From IMG/VR virus record IMGVR_UViG_2617270943_000005, positions 1 through 18,763 of that record: DNA of 18,763 nt; one strand, written 5' to 3'. Made by a program: the position numbers and the translations under genes. This DNA comes from a virus. Taxonomy: Duplodnaviria > Heunggongvirae > Uroviricota > Caudoviricetes. This document shows positions 1 to 5,631 of this stretch, in pieces. How positions within the stretch are numbered: position 1 is the stretch's first letter; every line of letters begins with the position of its first letter. The notes beneath the pieces were generated by a model, which had not been told where the DNA came from, did not search any database, and saw only the letters and a program-made list of their open reading frames with translations.

Positions 1-483
1 ATGACGAAGAAAAAAGCACATAAACCTGGTTCAGCGACCATCGCGCTTAACAAGCGCGCCCGTCACGAATACTTTATCGAAGAAGAGTTCGAGGCGGGAC
101 TTGCCCTGCAAGGCTGGGAGGTTAAATCCCTGCGCGCAGGAAAAGCCAATATCAGCGACAGCTACGTCCTTCTGCGTGACGGAGAGGCATTTCTGTTTGG
201 CGCTAACATCACGCCAATGGCTGTGGCATCCACGCATGTGGTGTGCGATCCTACCCGTACCCGCAAGTTACTTCTCAACCAGCGCGAACTGGACTCATTG
301 TACGGTCGCGTCAATCGAGAAGGCTATACCGTAGTGGCGCTCTCCCTGTACTGGAAAAATGCCTGGTGCAAAGTGAAAATCGGCGTCGCTAAAGGTAAGA
401 AACAGCACGATAAACGTTCAGACATTAAAGAACGCGAATGGCAGGTGGATAAAGCGCGTATCATGAAAAACGCCCACCGTTAA
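1..483 (+). CDS. smpB: SsrA-binding protein SmpB, full length (160 aa)
   Basis: ORF 1..483 translates to [30 protein letters not shown]..., which I recognise as enterobacterial SmpB; it lies immediately upstream of the tmRNA gene, the conserved smpB-ssrA synteny. Confidence 0.96.
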
Positions 484-697
484 ATCTGCACTCCAATTAT
501 TGACCAGTTCCTCACCGCGCCACCCTCTCCGGCGGCGCGAATGAACATCTTATTGGCTATCACATCCGCCCCAAATGTTGCCATCCCATTGCTTAATCGA
601 ATAAAAATCAGGCTACACGGGTGCTAAATCTTTAACGATAACGCCATTGAGGCTGGTCATGGCACTCATGAATCTGGTATACTTACCGTTACACATT

Positions 698-1060
698 GGG
701 GCTGATTCTGGATTCGACGGGATTTGCGAAACCCAAGGTGCATGCCGAGGGGCGGTTGGCCTCGTAAAAAGCCGCAAAAAATAGTCGCAAACGACGAAAA
801 CTACGCTTTAGCAGCTTAATAACCTGCTTAGAGCCCTCTCTCCCTAGCCTCCGCTCTTAGGACGGGGATCAAGAGAGGTCAAACCCAAAAGAGATCGCGT
901 GGAAGCCCTGCCTGGGGTTGAAGCGTTAAAACTTAATCAGGCTAGTTTGTTAGTGGCGTGTCCGTCCGCAGCTGGCAAGCGAATGTAAAGACTGACTAAG
1001 CATGTAGTACCGAGGATGTAGGAATTTCGGACGCGGGTTCAACTCCCGCCAGCTCCACCA
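698..1060 (+). ncRNA. ssrA: tmRNA (SsrA), 363 nt
   Basis: 5' end GGGGCTGATTCTGGATTCGACGGG; tag-peptide reading frame GCA AAC GAC GAA AAC TAC GCT TTA GCA GCT TAA (ANDENYALAA) at 787..819; tRNA-like 3' end GGTTCAACTCCCGCCAGCTCCACCA ending at 1060. Confidence 0.96.
1016..1053 (+). repeat. Left copy of 38-bp direct repeat (att core inside ssrA 3' end)
   Basis: ATGTAGGAATTTCGGACGCGGGTTCAACTCCCGCCAGC at 1016..1053 is identical to 14884..14921; the flanks diverge on both sides (CTCCACCA here versus GATTGGACG at the right copy). Confidence 0.85.
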
Positions 1061-1070
1061 AATAAAACAA

Positions 1071-1103
1071 GGGGTTACGTGAAAGCGTAGCCCCTTTTTC
1101 TTT
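1071..1103 (+). terminator. Intrinsic terminator downstream of ssrA
   Basis: GGGGTTACG (1071..1079) pairs with CGTAGCCCC (1086..1094) with one G-U wobble, loop TGAAAG, followed by TTTTTCTTT. Confidence 0.7.
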
Positions 1104-1183
1104 GGTAGTGGCGGCAAAATGGCGACAGACTTTTGCGTCTATCTTGCCTGTCGCCCTCTTGAAATCATGCAAAGAGGTTTCAC

Positions 1184-1828
1184 ATGGAAGAACTTCACTT
1201 TGTTTACATCAATGCAAATGGTCGTACCTACTGGTTTGTGCAATACGGCATGACCACGCAGCCGTATCAGTTCACGAAAGGCAGCATCTTTCATCTGATG
1301 GAACCGGATATTAATCAGGAGATCTACGGGCTGCCCGGCTATCTTTCTGCCATCCCATCCGCTTTGCTCAACGAGTCCGCCACGCTGTTCCGCCGGAAGT
1401 ATTACATTAACGGTAGTCATGCAGGCTTCATCATGTACATGACCGATGCCGCGCAGAACCAGGAGGATGTGAACAACCTCCGCAATGCCATGAAAAGCGC
1501 CAAAGGACCAGGTAACTTCCGCAACCTGTTTATGTACTCGCCTAACGGTAAAAAGGACGGGCTTCAGATTATCCCGTTGTCAGAGGTGGCGGCGAAGGAT
1601 GAGTTTTTGAACATCAAAAACGTGAGCCGGGACGACATGATGGCGGCGCACCGCGTACCGCCGCAAATGATGGGGATTATGCCTAGCAATGTCGGGGGGT
1701 TTGGGGATGTGGAGAAGGCTAGTAAGGTATTCGTAAGAAACGAATTGATGCCCCTGCAGAAACGATTGCAGGAACTAAATAACTGGTTGGACGAAGAAGT
1801 GCTCAATTTTTCAACCTATGAGCTTTAG
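1184..1828 (+). pseudogene. 3' fragment of a phage portal gene (P2 Q-like), N-terminal part missing
   Basis: 214-aa translation (MEELHFVYINANGRTYWFVQYG...GIMPSNVGGFGDVEKASKVF...) resembles the C-terminal portion of PBSX/P2-family portal proteins. The frame opens only 7 codons upstream (in-frame TGA at 1160..1162), about 100 bp from the ssrA junction. It converges on gene A across the cos-like motif, as Q does in P2. Confidence 0.55.
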
Positions 1829-1836
1829 TTTTAAAA

Positions 1837-1856
1837 CGAAGACCATTAGGTCTTCG
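1837..1856. terminator. Bidirectional hairpin terminator between the convergent portal fragment and RT
   Basis: CGAAGACC (1837..1844), loop ATTA, GGTCTTCG (1849..1856): perfect 8-bp stem flanked by AAAA upstream and CTTTATTT downstream, so there is a U-run after the stem on both strands. The RT stop codon (1846..1848) lies in the loop. Confidence 0.6.
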
Positions 1857-2808
1857 CTTTATTTAAAGGGTTCTTTCCATATTTTTTTTCTAATTTGCTA
1901 ATATAAGTTATTAATCTTCTATGGCTTTTTGAATCCACACTTAAAATAAATGACAACCATCCCCTAACGTGTTCTATCTCAGAAGACTTACCGCAAAATA
2001 TATGATGTATCTTTGCTCTAATTTCTTTATATTTTTCTCTACCTATCCCAACTTTCTCTTGTGAAATAACTAAACCTGTAACTTTCCTCTGACTACGAGG
2101 CCCACTAATACAAGTTTTTTTTGAGTTAATAACCAATCCTTCACTTGGGATTATAGAAAATAAAAAATCACGTGCTTTAACAACCTTTTTCATAGACTGT
2201 GCAGATAAGGTGAGATCATCGGCATATCTCGTATATATCAAGCCCCGACTACCTGCATAGCCCTGAATACGATAATCAAGTTTAGAACATATTAGATTAG
2301 CTAATTTAGGTGATGATGGAGCACCTTGTGGTAGCAGATTTTTATAACAACATATTTTTGTCAAAACTGAAGATATTAGTCGATTATAACCAAGAGAATG
2401 GAACACTCCAAAAACTTTGTTAGCAGTTAAACTTGGGAAAAAATCCTCCAAATCAATATTCAGTATAAAGTTTGCCCCAATATGCGGGGTAGCATTATTC
2501 AAAATAGATTGGTGCTTTTCAAATCCAATAGAAAAAGGAGATGACGACAGTTTATCTAAAATGTTACGTAGAACCCATCCTTGTAAGGCTTTAAGTTCTC
2601 GAGAAGGTTGGTAAATGGTTCTCATTCTCTTCTCTGGGCCTTTCTTTTCTACAGTGTAGATCCTATAGCGAAAATCAGCTGTATAGATTAACAACCGAAG
2701 TGTTTCAACAGATATGCGAGTCGCCTTAGACATGTCATGCAAATTGTTCATGACAGGTAGGCCGAGATTTCTCAATCTAAAAGTGTTCAAATATTCAGCG
2801 GATTTCAT
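1846..2808 (-). CDS. ret: Retron reverse transcriptase (320 aa); recognised from memory as the retron Ec86 / Retron-Eco1 RT
   Basis: RT motifs in the translation: LPQGAPSSP, YADD (RYADDLTLS) and the retron-typical VTG (QRKVTGLVIS). ATG at 2808..2806 lies 7 nt downstream of the msr-msd 3' inverted repeat. Length and N-terminus MKSAEYLNTFRLRNLGLPVM match my recollection of the Ec86 RT. Confidence 0.93.
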   Translation of the reverse strand: MKSAEYLNTFRLRNLGLPVMNNLHDMSKATRISVETLRLLIYTADFRYRIYTVEKKGPEKRMRTIYQPSRELKALQGWVLRNILDKLSSSPFSIGFEKHQSILNNATPHIGANFILNIDLEDFFPSLTANKVFGVFHSLGYNRLISSVLTKICCYKNLLPQGAPSSPKLANLICSKLDYRIQGYAGSRGLIYTRYADDLTLSAQSMKKVVKARDFLFSIIPSEGLVINSKKTCISGPRSQRKVTGLVISQEKVGIGREKYKEIRAKIHHIFCGKSSEIEHVRGWLSFILSVDSKSHRRLITYISKLEKKYGKNPLNKAKT

Positions 2809-2814
2809 GAAAGT

Positions 2815-2984
2815 TGCGCACCCTTACGTCAGAAAAAACGGGTTTCCTGGTTGGCTCGGAGAGCATCAGGCGATGCTCTCCGTTCCAACAAGGAAAACAG
2901 ACAGTAACTCAGATTCAATGCAGGATGCCGAAACAACATCCAGAGGTTGACCTTAATGATAAACCTCTCGCTAAGGGTGCGCAT
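2815..2984 (-). ncRNA. msr-msd: Retron msr-msd non-coding RNA (template/primer for msDNA), Ec86-type
   Basis: Minus strand reads ATGCGCACCCTTAGCGAGAGGTTTATCATTAAGGTCAACCTCTGGATGTTGTTTCGGCATCCTGCATTGAATCTGAGTTACTGTCTGTTTTCCTTGTTGGAACGGAGAGCATCGCCTGATGCTCTCCGAGCCAACCAGGAAACCCGTTTTTTCTGACGTAAGGGTGCGCA. Perfect 12-bp a1/a2 inverted repeats at 2972..2983 and 2815..2826; long msd hairpin with an 11-bp tip stem at 2857..2882. Matches the Ec86 ncRNA as I recall it from retron-editing constructs. Confidence 0.9.
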
Positions 2985-3894
2985 ACGGAATCTTATCATA
3001 GTTAAATGTTGATTTTCTACGGTTTTCAAAATTCATAATCTCAAGCCGCAATCGGTCAAGTGTCTTTCTATCAAAGACGCTCCTAACATAGCTAGCCCCC
3101 AAAGCAGTGACCTGATAACCATCAGTCATTTGAAGTATTTTTCGTTCATTTATTAGACGAGAAACAACGGATCTAACAATAATTTTAGATAAAACATCAT
3201 CTTGCTTTATCGCTTTAAAAGCTAGTTCACACAGTGTGCGGTAGTTGACACTATCCAGTAAATAGATACAAGGCAATAGAAACCGCTCTGCGTATAATAT
3301 ATTTCCAATATCTTTTGATACTTTATTTTCTTTCCTAACCTGCTTAATAGATGCCATTAATTTTTTATATAATCGTAATTTTCTGGCAACATCAATAGAT
3401 GAATCACACATTTCTTTTAGTTCATTTGAACTACAACGCAAAACAGATTTTGAATTAAACTTACGCAACAAGCGAACAGGACCATAGTTAATAAAGCTAC
3501 GTTTTGATTTAAATTTTGCATCTTGAATGCAAATCAACTTTCTCCTTAAGTTTTCATTATTAGAGAACGCACCAAGCTCTGTGAAAGACCCCGGACTTTC
3601 AGGAAATAAAATTATTACATCGACAGCTTCAGCCAGAATATTTTCTAAACTTAAAAGGCTATGCTGCCCTTGACCAGCCAAAAGATCATCAAATAGATCT
3701 TCTGGATAAAATATATCAACATCACTGAACTTTGCTAAAAATTGTGATAATTGATGACGCCAAGATTGATGATTAGCAACGTCACCACCACATAGAAAAA
3801 TGGTTATTTTAATATTAGCTCCTCGATAGAAGCCTTTCTTTGTGAGATGTCCTATAAGCTGTTGTTGCTGCTCATCGGTAAATTTTTTATTCAT
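2971..3894 (-). CDS. Retron effector, nucleoside 2-deoxyribosyltransferase (NDT)-like protein with C-terminal extension (about 307 aa)
   Basis: Same strand as, and immediately upstream of, msr-msd and ret. NDT-like features: ANIKITIFLCGGD and VDVIILFPESPGSFTELGAF (candidate catalytic Glu in a DxGxxFExG-like context). Start chosen at ATG 3894..3892 because of the SD GGGGAGA 5 nt upstream; the six-frame ORF extends to 4026 but that N-terminal extension crosses a GC-rich non-coding-looking patch. Stop TAG at 2973..2971 lies inside the msr a1 repeat. Confidence 0.82.
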   Translation of the reverse strand: MNKKFTDEQQQQLIGHLTKKGFYRGANIKITIFLCGGDVANHQSWRHQLSQFLAKFSDVDIFYPEDLFDDLLAGQGQHSLLSLENILAEAVDVIILFPESPGSFTELGAFSNNENLRRKLICIQDAKFKSKRSFINYGPVRLLRKFNSKSVLRCSSNELKEMCDSSIDVARKLRLYKKLMASIKQVRKENKVSKDIGNILYAERFLLPCIYLLDSVNYRTLCELAFKAIKQDDVLSKIIVRSVVSRLINERKILQMTDGYQVTALGASYVRSVFDRKTLDRLRLEIMNFENRRKSTFNYDKIPYAHP

Positions 3895-3966
3895 AATCTC
3901 CCCGCTTTTTTCTACTTTATACATCAAGTTATGAATAGATCCAATCTCCATACCCCATGGCGCGCG

Positions 3967-3985
3967 CTCGTATCCCCGCCACGCC
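3967..3985 (-). other. cos-like motif (possible remnant of P2/186 cohesive-end site)
   Basis: Minus strand 3985..3973 reads GGCGTGGCGGGGA, matching the first 13 nt of the 19-nt P2/186 cohesive end as I recall it (P2 GGCGAGGCGGGGAAAGCAC); it then diverges. It sits in a short GC-rich patch between gene A and the portal fragment, where cos lies in P2. Confidence 0.35.
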
Positions 3986-4237
3986 TGCCCGCTTTGTATA
4001 GCGGTTTTCATGCACTCGCATGGCATAAGGGAAACCTTGCCAGAACTGGCGACCCTCAGCGAAAACGATCTTCAAACGATCATGCGGATTCATGCAGCAT
4101 AGACAGGCACTACTGAGCAATAGCGCTTGAGTTCAGTCAGATATGAGTCCTCAATGTAATACTAATACATCTTAACCGTTCATCATTATTCACATCGGGC
4201 TATGTAATTACAGAAAAACTTTTCACAATCAATTTTA

Positions 4238-4266
4238 TACTGGATTATTTCAGTTTATTGTATAAT
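4238..4266 (+). promoter_or_regulatory. Candidate sigma70 promoter for the 303-aa hotspot gene
   Basis: TATAAT at 4261..4266 immediately preceded by TG (4259..4260), in an AT-rich leader about 40 nt upstream of the start codon at 4306; the -35 region is weak. Confidence 0.4.
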
Positions 4267-4305
4267 TCATGACGCATGCAAATTGACATTAATTCAGGAG
4301 ACAAA

Positions 4306-5217
4306 ATGACATTAATTGTAGCTGGTTTCGAAAAAGATGGAACAATTGTTTTTTGCGGGGACTCACTAATAACAACAAAAGCAAATGGAAGCACTGTAAA
4401 ATTGACATCGTCCTTCAGAAAAATAATACCACTAGAAATTATTGTGCGAGTACCGGAAATCGATCCAAGTGGAAAAATCATAAATTACATTGAAAGCCTT
4501 TGCCAACATCGCTGCATGATTGCATTTGCAGGAAGCACGCTAGTTTCTCAACATATTATAAATTCTATACAAGGTCATCTGAAACAAATAAAATACACAT
4601 ATGATTCTGGCACATATGACTATTCAGAAGGATGCATAAAGGGTGCTGGCTATAAGTTAATAATGGGTTGTGAAGATAACAAAAGCGTTGAGGAAACCTA
4701 TTGGAACGAAGATATGTTTGTTGAGCCAGTAAAGAATGCGAACGAACTTATTAATAAAAATTTTCTACGCAACGTCTTTAGCCACTGCATACAGAAAACC
4801 ATGAATGAATTTTACATTAATATTAATGAGGAATTTAATCCAGAGTGGTTTGCAAGCGATTTCATTGTAGCTCTGTCTTGCTATGAGACTAAAAAAAACC
4901 ATCTTTTTACCTTTAAAATGGAATTTAATGAGTCAGGGGTCAATCTTATAGAAAAAGAAATTAATATCAATGAACTGGCAATAATTGGCATTTCAAGATA
5001 TAGCGAAGAAATAATTCAAGCATATCAAACTCAAAAAGCGACCCTCAGTACATCTGAAATTCTCAGCCAAGAGATTACTAAAGCAATCATAGACAATGAA
5101 AGCATTGATCTTAGAGAAATAGGAGATCCTGTCGTATTAAAAAAATTCAATCAACATCGTGAATTACGTGATGAGCAAAAACACTGGAGGTGCAATACTC
5201 CTCGAGAAAACCAATAA
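4306..5217 (+). CDS. Hypothetical protein (303 aa), AT-rich cargo gene in the old/tin-equivalent hotspot; possible Ntn-hydrolase (HslV/proteasome-like) N-terminal domain
   Basis: Long ORF with SD AGGAG (4296..4300) 5 nt before ATG 4306. N-terminus MTLIVAGFEKDGTIVFCGDSLITTKANGSTVKL... has Thr at position 2 and a pattern reminiscent of HslV ([23 protein letters not shown]...K). Codon usage is distinct from the neighbouring phage genes. Family assignment is tentative. Confidence 0.75.
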   Translation: MTLIVAGFEKDGTIVFCGDSLITTKANGSTVKLTSSFRKIIPLEIIVRVPEIDPSGKIINYIESLCQHRCMIAFAGSTLVSQHIINSIQGHLKQIKYTYDSGTYDYSEGCIKGAGYKLIMGCEDNKSVEETYWNEDMFVEPVKNANELINKNFLRNVFSHCIQKTMNEFYININEEFNPEWFASDFIVALSCYETKKNHLFTFKMEFNESGVNLIEKEININELAIIGISRYSEEIIQAYQTQKATLSTSEILSQEITKAIIDNESIDLREIGDPVVLKKFNQHRELRDEQKHWRCNTPRENQ

Positions 5218-5244
5218 ACGCCTCGCTATACTCGTTGTTCAACC

Positions 5245-5279
5245 TTGCTGACGCGAGAATAAAATTCTCACGTCAGCAA
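5245..5279. repeat. 35-bp inverted repeat (16-bp arms, 1 mismatch, 3-nt spacer) between convergent genes
   Basis: TTGCTGACGCGAGAAT aaa ATTCTCACGTCAGCAA at 5245..5279, between the stop of the 303-aa gene (5217) and the stop of the 62-aa ORF (5291). No clear U-tract follows on either strand. Confidence 0.5.
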
Positions 5280-5290
5280 CGTTCCTGCTG

Positions 5291-5479
5291 CTAACCGAGA
5301 AGATCCATTGAGCGGTTGTATTCGTGGCTTCTGATTTTTGCCATGAGTTCATCAGTCAATTCAGAAACCCACTGCAGAGCCAGCCCCTTCTCTTCATCAC
5401 TACACTCACTAGCCGCTACAAGCTTAAGAAAAAAATCAATGCGCTGGAGCTTCAAAGACTCCAAAAAATAGTCCTGCAT
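5291..5479 (-). CDS. Small protein (62 aa), putative SOS-inducible Tum-like antirepressor
   Basis: ATG 5479..5477 preceded by a strong SD AGGAGG; a LexA box lies 41 bp upstream; it sits downstream of gene A, as tum does in coliphage 186. The function is inferred from context; I do not recognise the protein sequence itself. Confidence 0.5.
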   Translation of the reverse strand: MQDYFLESLKLQRIDFFLKLVAASECSDEEKGLALQWVSELTDELMAKIRSHEYNRSMDLLG

Positions 5480-5519
5480 CTTTCCTCCTATGACACCAAA
5501 GCAATACTGTATATATAAC

Positions 5520-5539
5520 TACTGTTTATATTTACAGTA
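5520..5539. promoter_or_regulatory. LexA box (SOS operator)
   Basis: TACTGTTTATATTTACAGTA matches the consensus TACTGT(AT)4ACAGTA with perfect CTGT-N8-ACAG; an additional CTGT half-site lies at 5507..5510. Confidence 0.6.
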
Positions 5540-5631
5540 TATAATAATCTTACTGATGTAAAACGTTTTTTTACGTTCATCAGCCTGATATGCCTGGTAT
5601 TATTAAGAGCACGAATTGTTAACCCGCGTAA

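Noticed and set aside
1054-1183. Possibility that an intact CP4-57-type integrase follows ssrA as in E. coli K-12
   Set aside because: No integrase ORF follows ssrA; the only integrase is at 12504..13520, at the distal end of the island, and the adjacent sequence is a portal fragment.
1102-1806. ORFs 1102..1314 (+), 1139..1420 (-), 1564..1806 (-) overlapping the portal fragment
   Set aside because: Out-of-frame or antisense to the portal-like frame, which has the only family-like translation; none has a convincing start context.
2417-2950. Small plus-strand ORFs (2417..2614, 2714..2950, 2814..3005) and the minus-strand ORF 2829..3029 over the RT gene and the ncRNA
   Set aside because: Antisense to the RT gene, or coincide with the structured msr-msd RNA; open frames in the ncRNA are explained by its RNA function.
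3895-4026. N-terminal extension of the retron effector ORF (six-frame call starts at 4026, MPCECMKTAIQ...)
   Set aside because: The extension runs through the GC-rich cos-like patch and has no ribosome-binding site; ATG 3894 has a strong GGGGAGA SD. Treated as non-coding leader; starts at 3924 or 3951 cannot be fully excluded.
3847-4120. ORFs 3847..4116 (+) and 3929..4120 (-) across the cos-like patch
   Set aside because: No ribosome-binding sites; the region is better explained as a non-coding cos remnant and the effector leader.
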